Origin: a bacterium
GTDB lineage: Bacteria; Myxococcota_A; Bradymonadia; Bradymonadales; Bradymonadaceae
Length of the DNA stretch: 64,000 bases
Assembly (NCBI GenBank): GCA_030427705.1
Contig: JAUIBR010000002.1
Coordinates: 92,631 to 156,630, forward strand
Direction: 5' to 3'
Shown here: in pieces, positions 44,980 to 54,192 of the stretch
Numbering within the stretch: position 1 is the stretch's first letter
Layout: the number at the start of each line of letters is the position of its first letter
Translations under genes and position numbers: made by a program
The notes under the pieces: generated by a model
Databases searched by the model: none
Told to the model about the DNA's origin: nothing
The model's input: the letters and a program-made list of their open reading frames with translations, nothing else

Positions 44980-45915
44980 ATGGTGGACAACCCAAGGAAC
45001 TCGCCCATGTCGTACGACATCCATGACCTGAAGATCGGCGAGCTACCTGCCGAACTTCCAAAGGTTGAGGGGCTCGACGAGCTAATCGGAAACACGCCGA
45101 TGCTGCGCCTTTCGCGCCATGGGAGCGAAGATAACCCTGTCTACGTAAAGCTAGAAAACACCAACCCTAGCGGCTCGATCCGTGACCGATACATCGCCGA
45201 GATTCTAGGCCGTGCGCGGCGTGCGGGGCAGATTGTGGCGGGCGATACCATTGTACTCGCGGGGATCAATGATTCGGCGGTGTCTGCAGCGTGCATCGGC
45301 TCGATTCTTCGGATGAACACACAGGTGTTTGCCCCGTTGGACACCTCGACGCGGTTGGTCCCGATCATCGAGCGTTATGGCGGTGTGGTGACGATTAGCG
45401 ACGATGACCACCCTCTTGATGATTGCGTTCAACACGCTGCCAAGTGGGCACGGGAGTCGGTAGACCGCATGTACGTTGACGGCTATCGCCGTTCCGCTGT
45501 TCGCGATTCCTACCAGGGCATCGGGACGGAGATTCTGTCCGCGCTCAAAGGAATACCGCTTGGGGGCTTTGTCACGTCTGTGACAACCGGGGCGACATTT
45601 CGTGAGGTGTCGCGTGTGTTGCGGCGAACGAATCCGCATCTTGAGGTGCGCGGCGTGCGCATTATCGAAAACGAATTCGCGACCGCTGAAGAGAACCCGT
45701 TCATCGGCCAGATCGCGCTCCAAGACATTTGGGAGTTTCGAGACGAGATCGCCAGAACCGAAGGCCTGCTGCTGGGCCCCAAAGGCGTCGCATGCGTGAA
45801 ACGTGCGGTCGAATTGGCGGCGGAGCTTCCACCGGGTCAAGCGGTGGTTGCGCTGAATCCGGACTCGGGGCAGCGCTACCTTGGCTGGGAAAACAAACCT
45901 CTGTTCAGGACATAG
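44980..45915 (+). CDS. Cysteine synthase-like fold-type-II PLP-enzyme paralog with the Schiff-base Lys replaced by Arg (NPSGSIRDR). Likely non-catalytic.
   Basis: Aligns to the CysK/CysM N-terminal motif E..NP.GS(V/I)KDR but reads ENTNPSGSIRDRYIA. The Gly-loop is degenerate (TTGATF instead of GTGGT). Confidence 0.6.
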   Translation: MVDNPRNSPMSYDIHDLKIGELPAELPKVEGLDELIGNTPMLRLSRHGSEDNPVYVKLENTNPSGSIRDRYIAEILGRARRAGQIVAGDTIVLAGINDSAVSAACIGSILRMNTQVFAPLDTSTRLVPIIERYGGVVTISDDDHPLDDCVQHAAKWARESVDRMYVDGYRRSAVRDSYQGIGTEILSALKGIPLGGFVTSVTTGATFREVSRVLRRTNPHLEVRGVRIIENEFATAEENPFIGQIALQDIWEFRDEIARTEGLLLGPKGVACVKRAVELAAELPPGQAVVALNPDSGQRYLGWENKPLFRT

Positions 45916-45917
45916 CG

Positions 45918-46847
45918 ATGCCTACGTTTCCCGTTACAGATGAGTTTGCTGCCGTCCACCCTGCCCGTCGCGTGGACTCTTTGCTTGAGCTGGTTGGAAA
46001 CACACCACTGGTACGACTTCGGCACGTGACTGAGGATCTACCGAAGTCAGTGGAGATTTGGGCGAAACTTGAGTTCATGAATCCGGGTGGCTCCATCAAA
46101 GACCGCACAGCCCGTCAGATCATCATCGACGCAATGAAAGACGGCGTGCTGCAACCAGGGCAGACACTCATCGACGCAACTACCGGAAACACCGGTGTGG
46201 CTTACGCGATGTTGGGTGCAGCATTGGGAATCGAGGTTGAGCTCGTGATGCCGGAGGGAGCTTTGGAGGCTCGCCGAAACTTAGTCACCGCGTATGGCGC
46301 GAAAGTGACCTATTGCGACGGCGATGACGACTGCGCCATCGAGCATGTGCAGACGATCGTTGAGGCAAACCCAGACCGTTACTTCTACGCGAATCAGTAC
46401 TCGAACCCGTCAAATCCAAAGGCCCATGAGTTAACCACTGGCCCCGAAATCTGGCGGCAAACCGGGGGTCGAGTCACGCATTTCATCGCGGCGACCGGCA
46501 CATCCGGCACCATCATGGGCACCAGCCGAGGGCTCAAGGCGCAAAACGCACAAATCAAGGTCATTGGCTGCCAACCATCCGAGGGCAGCCATAACCTGGA
46601 AGGCCTCAAGAACATGGCGTCAGGCCTGACCCCAGGAATCTTCAACGAAGAAGAGCTCGACGAGATGATATTTGTCGATTGCGACGACGGCATTGGGATG
46701 GCCACGAAGCTCGCAAATGAAGAAGGCATCGCAGCCGGAAACTCCGCGGGTGCCAACGTCCATGCAGCCTTGGAGCTTGCGAAAACCCTGGATGAGGGCG
46801 TTATCGTCACCATCATCTGCGACCATGCCGACCGCTACCTGGGATGA
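45918..46847 (+). CDS. cysM: Cysteine synthase (CysK/CysM family, intact active site)
   Basis: NPGGSIKDR, TTGNTGVAYA and GTSGTIMG are present. Confidence 0.82.
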   Translation: MPTFPVTDEFAAVHPARRVDSLLELVGNTPLVRLRHVTEDLPKSVEIWAKLEFMNPGGSIKDRTARQIIIDAMKDGVLQPGQTLIDATTGNTGVAYAMLGAALGIEVELVMPEGALEARRNLVTAYGAKVTYCDGDDDCAIEHVQTIVEANPDRYFYANQYSNPSNPKAHELTTGPEIWRQTGGRVTHFIAATGTSGTIMGTSRGLKAQNAQIKVIGCQPSEGSHNLEGLKNMASGLTPGIFNEEELDEMIFVDCDDGIGMATKLANEEGIAAGNSAGANVHAALELAKTLDEGVIVTIICDHADRYLG

Positions 46848-47257
46848 CACCGACCTGGTTCGCTGCCAATTGGCCTCAAATCAAGAGTTGGGTGGAATCA
46901 CAGTATCCGCACGAAGGGTGCGGACTTGTTACCGAGCGTGGCCGCTGGATCGCGTGCGATAACACAGCAGATTCCCCACGAACGTCGTATGTGATCGACC
47001 CGATGCGTGTCCTGGAGCTTGAGACGACGGGCGAGGCGCTTTGTGTCATCGTGCATAGCCATGTCGACGCCGACGCGTACTTCAGCGACGAAGACATCGC
47101 TGGAGCGACGTTTCCCGGCACGAAGTCCCCAGCGTTCCCGGGCGTCGACTACCTGGTGGTTTCGGTCAAACACAAGAAAGCCGACCAAGCAAAGCTGTTT
47201 CGCTTTGCAGAGGTCGGCGAATTCGAATGTGTCTTCGAGTTTGATTTTCTGAACTAG
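46844..47257 (+). CDS. JAMM/MPN+ metalloprotease (Mec+-like)
   Basis: E(GCGL) ... HSHVDADAYFSDED matches the JAMM motif HxHx7Sx2D. Overlaps the cysM stop (ATGA). Confidence 0.7.
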   Translation: MTPTWFAANWPQIKSWVESQYPHEGCGLVTERGRWIACDNTADSPRTSYVIDPMRVLELETTGEALCVIVHSHVDADAYFSDEDIAGATFPGTKSPAFPGVDYLVVSVKHKKADQAKLFRFAEVGEFECVFEFDFLN

Positions 47258-47970
47258 AACTCTGCGGAACCGCCGGGTTCAAGCGCGACAACTTCCGTTG
47301 GGACATCGAGGGACGACAACTCAGCTTTGAGTTGGGCCGGTGTGCCGGTTAGCAGGCCAAAGGTACCGAAGTGAGCAGGGATGACCTTCTTGACGCCGGT
47401 AAGCTGACAGGCCCACGCAGCAGCCTTGGGGTCCATCGTGAAATGGTCGCCAATGGGGAGGATTGCAACGTTTGGCTCGTGCAATCGTGCGATCCACTCC
47501 ATGTCACCGAACAGCGCGGTGTCGCCGGCCACATAGAACGAATTGCCGTCATCAAATTTCACGACGAAGCCCGCCGGTTCGCCCAAGTAGACAACGGTTC
47601 CGTCCTCTTCGGTGAAGGACGAGGAGTGCCGCGCTTCGACCATCGTGACGGAGATACCGATATCGTCCAATCGAACCGTTCCGCCAATATTCATGCCGAC
47701 CAAGCGGTCGCCATCAACGCCTTTGCTGCCAACCCAAGAGGTCAAATCGAAGATGCCGACGATTGGGCCGCTCGTGCGCTCGGCGGTGTCGAACAGATTT
47801 CCGATGTGGTCGCCGTGCCCATGAGTCACCAAGATCGCATCAGGCGCTACATCATGGAATTGTTCGGGACACGAAGGGTTGCCGGACAACCACGGGTCTA
47901 CCAAGACGGACTTTCCGCCGGACTCGAACAAAAATGTACCGTGACCTAACCAAGTGACTTTTGTGCTCAT
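47254..47970 (-). CDS. UPF0173-family metal-dependent hydrolase (MBL fold)
   Basis: MSTKVTWLGHGTFLFESGGKSVLVDP ... HGHGDH. Confidence 0.78.
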   Translation of the reverse strand: MSTKVTWLGHGTFLFESGGKSVLVDPWLSGNPSCPEQFHDVAPDAILVTHGHGDHIGNLFDTAERTSGPIVGIFDLTSWVGSKGVDGDRLVGMNIGGTVRLDDIGISVTMVEARHSSSFTEEDGTVVYLGEPAGFVVKFDDGNSFYVAGDTALFGDMEWIARLHEPNVAILPIGDHFTMDPKAAAWACQLTGVKKVIPAHFGTFGLLTGTPAQLKAELSSLDVPTEVVALEPGGSAEF

Positions 47971-48770
47971 GGATTCTCCTGTTGTGAAATGAACTCTAAA
48001 ACAAGCGACCGAAATTCTTCGGGTTTCTCAATGGGAATTGTGTGACCGCAACCTACTACTTCGACGTGGTTGCCACCACAGAGACTTGCCAACTCTTGCG
48101 CCCCGGACTTGGTGACCAACAGGTCTTCATCCGCCGAAATGCACAACGTCGGTACGCTCACTTGCTCCGCGAGGGAGGCCAAGTCTGGGTACTCCAACAT
48201 GCCATCCAGCAACGCGGACACGCCATTGGGGTCGTTTCGTTGCACCGACGCCTTCGCGATGCCAGCGATCAATCGTTGGTTGTCCTCTAGATACTGCGCG
48301 CCAAGAATGTCAGGGATAGCACACCACGACATGGCTTCGATCCCGCCAAGCTCAAGCACCTTGCGCCAACTTTGAATGATCGTCTTTGCCAGCGCAGTCG
48401 GACGGGCGGTGGCTGATGTCAGTACCAGTGCAGATGCGCGATCGAAATCGACGGCGTGCTGAAGTGCCACGCGCGCGCCGTGACTAAACCCAACTAAAAT
48501 CGGGTCGTTGATCTGAAGGCTCTCCAATAGGTCTTCCAAATCGGCAGCGTGACCGCGAAGCGTCGGCTTGCTGTCACCGATAGGGCTCTGCCCCTGCCCC
48601 CGTGCGTCATACGACAGCACGTTTACGTGCTCCCCAAGCGCACGGATATGGCTCTTCCAGTGTGCTGTCGACTGGGTCATCCCATTCAAAAGCACGATCC
48701 ATGGTCGCCCAGGCGATTCACTAATCTCGTAGTGAATGGACGCCCCCGAATGGGTTTTTAGGTCTGGCAT
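47967..48770 (-). CDS. Alpha/beta-fold hydrolase
   Basis: ATG at 48770 (MPDLKTHSG...). Nucleophile elbow VGFSHGARVA. The track ORF extends to 48896. Confidence 0.65.
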   Translation of the reverse strand: MPDLKTHSGASIHYEISESPGRPWIVLLNGMTQSTAHWKSHIRALGEHVNVLSYDARGQGQSPIGDSKPTLRGHAADLEDLLESLQINDPILVGFSHGARVALQHAVDFDRASALVLTSATARPTALAKTIIQSWRKVLELGGIEAMSWCAIPDILGAQYLEDNQRLIAGIAKASVQRNDPNGVSALLDGMLEYPDLASLAEQVSVPTLCISADEDLLVTKSGAQELASLCGGNHVEVVGCGHTIPIEKPEEFRSLVLEFISQQENP

Positions 48771-48850
48771 TTGAGAAACTCGCGTTTCGGACCGCTGAGG
48801 TATATCTTGACCCTCGCTACTTTCCAACGACCGCATGTTAGGTCGCCAAC

Positions 48851-49876
48851 GTGTTTGAGATGCAAAAAGTCTGGTGGGGTCTCGCACTAATCGCATTTAT
48901 TACTGCGTGTACCACTGCAGCTCAAACGACCGAACCCACGCCGAAGCCTCAAATAGAGCAGCCGCCGCCACCTCCGAAGAAAGAGGTAGTGGTCGAAGAA
49001 CCCAAGGCGGCACCCGGTCCGTTCACCGTAGCGATCGTCGCTGATCTGAATTCTAGCTACGGCAGCTACGAGTACACTCCGGCTGTCCATGCAGCCGCGG
49101 CATATCTGGCGCAAAGCCGTCCTGATCTTGTGCTTAGCGCTGGTGACATGGTGGCGGGTCAGAAACGCGGTTTGGATTACCCCGGTATGTGGTCGGCGTT
49201 TCACCACGCCTTCACCGACCCAGTCCTGTCAGCTGGACTGACGTTGGCTGTGACCCCGGGCAATCATGACGGTGCAAAGCAAGAGAAGTTCGCCGTTGAA
49301 CGCCGAGAGTTCGTTAACCAGTGGCAGCCCCGAAAACCTGACTTGGAGTACGTTAGCGACGAGCACTATCCACTGATGTACGCATTCCAGAAGCGAGGCG
49401 TCTTATTCATATCGCTAGACGCCACTACCCCAGGAAAGCTGTCTCCGATGCAGCATGCTTGGCTTGAGAGCATCCTGTCCAAAAGCGACGAATTCAAATC
49501 GACGATTGTCTACGGTCATGTCCCCCTGGTGCAGTTCGCAGCTGGGCGAGGACGCGAGGTGCTGGGCGATGCGAAGCTTCGTGAAACTCTGCACAGGTAC
49601 AAGGTAGATGCCTATATCACCGGCCATCATCACGCGTACTACCCGGCTCGTGATGAATCGCTCTTGATGTTGGGGGCGCCGTGTCTTGGCACAGGACCAC
49701 GGCCGCTCACCGGACACACGCAGAAGAGCCAGAAAGGTCTACTTTGGCTCACGTTCGCTGAAGATGGCTCGTTTCAGTACGAAGCTCGGATCGCACCCGA
49801 TTTCACATCGACTATCGCCGTCGATGAACTCCCCGAAAAGTTGAAGACAAAGGCAGGCACGGTCGTTCGCGACTAG
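48851..49876 (+). CDS. Lipoprotein metallophosphoesterase (calcineurin-like)
   Basis: Lipobox FITACT. Pro-rich linker. GD (SAGDMVAG), GNHD and GHHHAY motifs. Confidence 0.75.
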   Translation: MFEMQKVWWGLALIAFITACTTAAQTTEPTPKPQIEQPPPPPKKEVVVEEPKAAPGPFTVAIVADLNSSYGSYEYTPAVHAAAAYLAQSRPDLVLSAGDMVAGQKRGLDYPGMWSAFHHAFTDPVLSAGLTLAVTPGNHDGAKQEKFAVERREFVNQWQPRKPDLEYVSDEHYPLMYAFQKRGVLFISLDATTPGKLSPMQHAWLESILSKSDEFKSTIVYGHVPLVQFAAGRGREVLGDAKLRETLHRYKVDAYITGHHHAYYPARDESLLMLGAPCLGTGPRPLTGHTQKSQKGLLWLTFAEDGSFQYEARIAPDFTSTIAVDELPEKLKTKAGTVVRD

Positions 49877-52812
49877 AAACCGCCGCCGTAAACGAAGTAA
49901 AAGTCATGGATTCCGCCGGTATCGAAGCCGTACGCGTATCCCATGCGAAGATTGCCTGTGAAGTAGTAGGCGAATGTTGTGGATAACAACACCTCGGCGC
50001 CGGCCGATTTCAGGTATTCCGCGTCACCAAGGAAGCCGTTGTAGGCCGTGGCTGTGTCAAAGTAAGCCGCCCCTTTCAGCTGTCTGAAAAAGACCGGCAA
50101 CGTGCCGAAGCCCTTGTCAAAATCCAAGAGCGGAAACCGGTACTGACTTGAGATCGATTGGTAGGTCGACCCTCGCTGAATTCCAGGTGGATAGCCCGGC
50201 AGAACCTGCCGGCGCGTGGGTTCTTGGAAGATGATGCTTGAAAGAACATCTTGCGGCAGCGCCCCGCCAACCGAAAAGACAGAACCCGGTCCCGTCGCAG
50301 CCGCGGACATGCCGCCACGCAGGCCAAGGGCGAACACATGTCGGTCAATCCATGGATTTGGGAGGTAACCCGTGGCCCGATAGGTCATGGTCAAACGCTC
50401 AAACTCACTGCCGATGGTGGGATCTTGGACCGAGAATCCAACATCGGCCGTGATGCCCTGTTCTGTGCTGACTGAGCGCGCGTATCGCTCGAGATTCGAA
50501 TAGAAGACCGAAAACAGCAGCTCGTTTGTGAAATACGATTCAGGTTTGGTCGGCTCAAGGTCTCCAGGGTCCTGCTGAACCACCGGCTCGTCATTGACCG
50601 TGAGGTACTCCAACGTGAATGCCGTGGTGATGCTAAGTTGATCCCGCGTATCCAGGATTGGATATCCCAACGCGACGCGACCCGAATACTCGCGGCGCTG
50701 AATCGTCTCGAACTCACTTCCCACGAACAGCGCACGCCCTGACGGGAAGTCACTGATTCGACCCAACACCGAGAAATCCACCGGCCCACCGGTATAGGCG
50801 TAGAAGCCGCCGGCGCGGACCGAAGATTCTTCCAATTCGTTCGTGTATGTGAACGCCGTCGCCAATTGATAGATATGACGCGACGCTGGGTCCTCGCCAG
50901 ACAACGTCGCCGAGAACGCTGTGCCCGACGTCAGCACGCCGATGTCTGGCGTGAGCATCAGCGGTGCCAGCCATTTCACAGGACGATAGTCGCCGTACTT
51001 GAACTCGGCCGTATCGACCGTTGGGTACTTCGGTTCCACCAGACTGTCTTGCAAAGCTCTCTGGGAGGCGTCCGGCAGGCTTGATGGCCGCTTGAATCGC
51101 GCGATCTCGTAGCCTTTTGACGTGTATGACGTGACGTAAATCCACTTGCCGTCACGCGTGGGCTCTGGACTCCAAACGCCGTTGACCACGTTCGAGACTC
51201 GTCGCTTCTTCAGAGTTCCCGGGTCAACCTCGTAGATATTGAAGATGCCGTTTCGGTCGCTTGCGAACAGCACGTTGCCGCTGATTGGGTCAAACGTGGG
51301 ATCCAAGTCTTGCGCAAAATCGCGGGTCAGGGGTTTGAGCGCCTCTTTCTGCGGCTTGGTGATGTCGTACATCCAGATATCGCGCTGGCCGTCCTCAAGC
51401 GTCCACCAGCTAAATACGATTCGGGTTGAGTCGGGGCTGAACTGAGGCGTTGCTATCTGTTGCCACCGCGCATCCGATTTCGCCGGATGTTGATTGCCAC
51501 CGACGAGCACGACTTCGTCCCCCGAGAAATGGTCCCAACGACGCAGCACCAGCTCCATCGTTCCATTGACGTTGCGAACATAGGTAATCCACTTGCCGTC
51601 GGGCGACACCGCGGCTTCACGGGCCCGTTCGCCGTTGGTCATTCGAATCTTGCTACCGGTATCAAAATCGTACCGATACAGGTCCTGAAAGCTGTAAACA
51701 TTGAGCTTTGGCGTCGCTTGGCTGTACAGCAGGTAGCGGCCGTCTGGGGAGAACGCGCTGGGGCCAAACGAAGGCTGGATGTCCAGAAACGGCTTGGTCT
51801 TCCCTGAGTCGGGGTCATGGACGGCGTAGGCGGGCGTGTTGTGAAAATCATTGGCGTAGAAGACCACATCGTCTGTGCCGGGCCGCTGCCTGGCGTAGCC
51901 ATTCTCGCCGCCGATCTTCGTGATGTAGTTCAGCTTCGTCCGACCACCGGCAATAACGGCGACACGTTCTGCATGCGCCTTCGCTGTGGCCGCTGCCATC
52001 CACTCTTCCCAAAGCCGCTCTAACGTCTGCCCCGACACTTCCTTCGACGTGCGATTCAAGCTCCACGGCACAATTCGCGAGCCATAGATATGGTTGAATT
52101 GCATGCCGAAATCTTCGCCATGCTTGTCGAATACGTAGTCCAAGAACAGGCTGCCATACAGATAGGCGGAGGACCCAAATGGCCAGTTAACGGGTGTGCC
52201 CGTGGCCGTTCCAAGCTCAAACAGCACGCCGTCCAATGCGGCTGCACGCGACCACATCTGCCAGATGGCTCCATTAACACGCCCTCCCCGCGTCCGCTTC
52301 GACTCGTGGTAGGTGGCCAGACCCTCGATGTACCAACGGGGCGAGGTTTGGTTTGGAGAGAGCTGTTTACCGATGACGTAGTTGATGTACGGCGAGATGC
52401 CCAGGACCGTGTCCATGTGCAGGATGTGAACGTATTCGTGGTAAACAACGACGCGAATCCAGTCGTCGTAGAATCCCAGCACACCTGACGGTTCGGGGGC
52501 CATCCCGTAGATATTGATGCGATTGCGGCCATAGGTCGTCGCAGAGCCATTGGCAGAATCGATGCGGTCGATGACGTTTACATGTGTCTTGTTTCGAGGC
52601 ACCCAATTGAAAAGGGGCACCAGTGCTTCGTGCGCTTCTTCGCACGTAACCGCGACCTTGTGCGCGAGCGCCTCGAGCCCCGAATAGTAGTGCACATAGA
52701 AGTGCGGGGTTTCGATGGTGTAGTAATCGAGCGATGGATCATCGATCCCAAATGCAGGCGTTGCCGCAAGTGCCGCAAGCGCAAAAGCCAACGCCGCGAG
52801 AAGCCGTCTCAC
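49873..52812 (-). CDS. Outer-membrane tri-domain protein: Peptidase_MA_2-like zincin, TolB-like beta-propeller and C-terminal beta-barrel
   Basis: Signal peptide MRRLLAALAFALAALAATPAFG. Zincin motif VVYHEYVHILH ... YIEGLATYHES. SPDGKWITY and SPDSTRIVFS are WD40/TolB-like blades. The C-terminal roughly 350 aa has alternating amphipathic strands and ends ...VYGGGF. Confidence 0.55.
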   Translation of the reverse strand: MRRLLAALAFALAALAATPAFGIDDPSLDYYTIETPHFYVHYYSGLEALAHKVAVTCEEAHEALVPLFNWVPRNKTHVNVIDRIDSANGSATTYGRNRINIYGMAPEPSGVLGFYDDWIRVVVYHEYVHILHMDTVLGISPYINYVIGKQLSPNQTSPRWYIEGLATYHESKRTRGGRVNGAIWQMWSRAAALDGVLFELGTATGTPVNWPFGSSAYLYGSLFLDYVFDKHGEDFGMQFNHIYGSRIVPWSLNRTSKEVSGQTLERLWEEWMAAATAKAHAERVAVIAGGRTKLNYITKIGGENGYARQRPGTDDVVFYANDFHNTPAYAVHDPDSGKTKPFLDIQPSFGPSAFSPDGRYLLYSQATPKLNVYSFQDLYRYDFDTGSKIRMTNGERAREAAVSPDGKWITYVRNVNGTMELVLRRWDHFSGDEVVLVGGNQHPAKSDARWQQIATPQFSPDSTRIVFSWWTLEDGQRDIWMYDITKPQKEALKPLTRDFAQDLDPTFDPISGNVLFASDRNGIFNIYEVDPGTLKKRRVSNVVNGVWSPEPTRDGKWIYVTSYTSKGYEIARFKRPSSLPDASQRALQDSLVEPKYPTVDTAEFKYGDYRPVKWLAPLMLTPDIGVLTSGTAFSATLSGEDPASRHIYQLATAFTYTNELEESSVRAGGFYAYTGGPVDFSVLGRISDFPSGRALFVGSEFETIQRREYSGRVALGYPILDTRDQLSITTAFTLEYLTVNDEPVVQQDPGDLEPTKPESYFTNELLFSVFYSNLERYARSVSTEQGITADVGFSVQDPTIGSEFERLTMTYRATGYLPNPWIDRHVFALGLRGGMSAAATGPGSVFSVGGALPQDVLSSIIFQEPTRRQVLPGYPPGIQRGSTYQSISSQYRFPLLDFDKGFGTLPVFFRQLKGAAYFDTATAYNGFLGDAEYLKSAGAEVLLSTTFAYYFTGNLRMGYAYGFDTGGIHDFYFVYGGGF

Positions 52813-54191
52813 TTAGACGCCCCTGGCCCAAGACGGTGGCTCAGCACAATCCAATCACCACGTTCGCGAACAACCTGCCAATCCGGGTGACTCGCGATGT
52901 TTGCTGCGAACTCGTAGTCCGTCTTTTTGTTCAGCAACGCGATGCGAATACCGTACTGTTGAAACACGCCGCGCCATGTATCACCCATGCGGACTGCGGC
53001 ATGCATCACCTCGGACTTTTCATCATTCAATGCCGGATTGGGCGCAGTCGCTAGCACACGCTGTGGCGCTCGTTCAGACAGATACCAGGCTAAGACGCCA
53101 GCTGCCTCTGGAGGGTGATACACCGGCTCCAAACGACCCCACCCTGCGATGAGCTGCGCCTCTTCAACCGGCACGTTGCTCTTGATGAGTGCAACCGCGG
53201 GCGGCGTTTTCCGTGCATCCGAAAACCACAATCGAACCGTCTCCATATGGGAAAAAAGCGGCATTGTGACAATCGCGACGATCGCCGCAAAGCCAGCACC
53301 CACCGCCCATTTTGAGAACGGAGTCTCTTTCGTATCACTTGCGTGGAACGCCCACGGAAAGACAACGGCAGCTAGCCAAGGGACCGCAGAAAAAGCCGCA
53401 ACAACCGTGCCTATCATGGCAACGGCGATAGAGTCGTAGGCGGAGTTTTTGGACCGTACGCGATGAACAATGAGAGCCAGCAGGCCAACTCCGATCAACG
53501 TGCCGAACGGGTTAAACTCGAACGAGGCCAGCGTGGGAAAGACGAGCGCGCCAGCGGGATTCGCAAACGCCAATAAGATGGACGCAATCCCTGCTCCCCA
53601 AAACCAACGTTTCGCTTCGCCTGCGCCCGGTGAGACCGCCCACAATAGCGCTGGGACAACCCAAAAATGGCTATCCACATTCACCCAGAACGGCATGGCG
53701 ATGGCGGCTAGAAGCCAGTATCTCGATGCACCAGAATAGCGAACGGCCATGATGACTAGAGCGGCAACGGATATCAGAACTGCCCCAAACATCGACGGAC
53801 CGACGTACCACGTCGCGGTTGAGGCGAGGATGCCCGCGGACACCGCGATATCAGTTCGACCTCGTTCGGTCTTCGGCCAGGTGACCATGAACCCGACGGC
53901 ACCTGCGAGGATCGACCTTACGGTCGCAACCCCAGCGTCGCCGATGACTCCGTGGATTTTGAAAAGCCACCAACGAGACAGCCAGCTCTCATAGAAGACA
54001 GGCTCCTGAGCTGGAGATGTGTACACAAAGTAGTTTGCGTGAGGGATGGCCTGAAGTTGCTCAACGAGCCGGCCGATCGCGAGGTGCCACCAATAGTCAC
54101 TATTGGGAATCACCACGAGGTTAGCCGCGATCACGGCACCTGCAGCGGCCACCATCGACAGGACCAATCTGGTTTTGAAGTCGGCTTTCAA
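52809..54191 (-). CDS. Polytopic membrane protein, possibly a GT-C-fold glycosyltransferase or O-antigen-ligase-like, with a periplasmic C-terminal domain
   Basis: About 11 hydrophobic helices. N-terminal loop DYWWHLAIGRL. About 130-aa soluble C-terminus. Confidence 0.4.
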   Translation of the reverse strand: MKADFKTRLVLSMVAAAGAVIAANLVVIPNSDYWWHLAIGRLVEQLQAIPHANYFVYTSPAQEPVFYESWLSRWWLFKIHGVIGDAGVATVRSILAGAVGFMVTWPKTERGRTDIAVSAGILASTATWYVGPSMFGAVLISVAALVIMAVRYSGASRYWLLAAIAMPFWVNVDSHFWVVPALLWAVSPGAGEAKRWFWGAGIASILLAFANPAGALVFPTLASFEFNPFGTLIGVGLLALIVHRVRSKNSAYDSIAVAMIGTVVAAFSAVPWLAAVVFPWAFHASDTKETPFSKWAVGAGFAAIVAIVTMPLFSHMETVRLWFSDARKTPPAVALIKSNVPVEEAQLIAGWGRLEPVYHPPEAAGVLAWYLSERAPQRVLATAPNPALNDEKSEVMHAAVRMGDTWRGVFQQYGIRIALLNKKTDYEFAANIASHPDWQVVRERGDWIVLSHRLGPGASK

Positions 54192-54192
54192 C

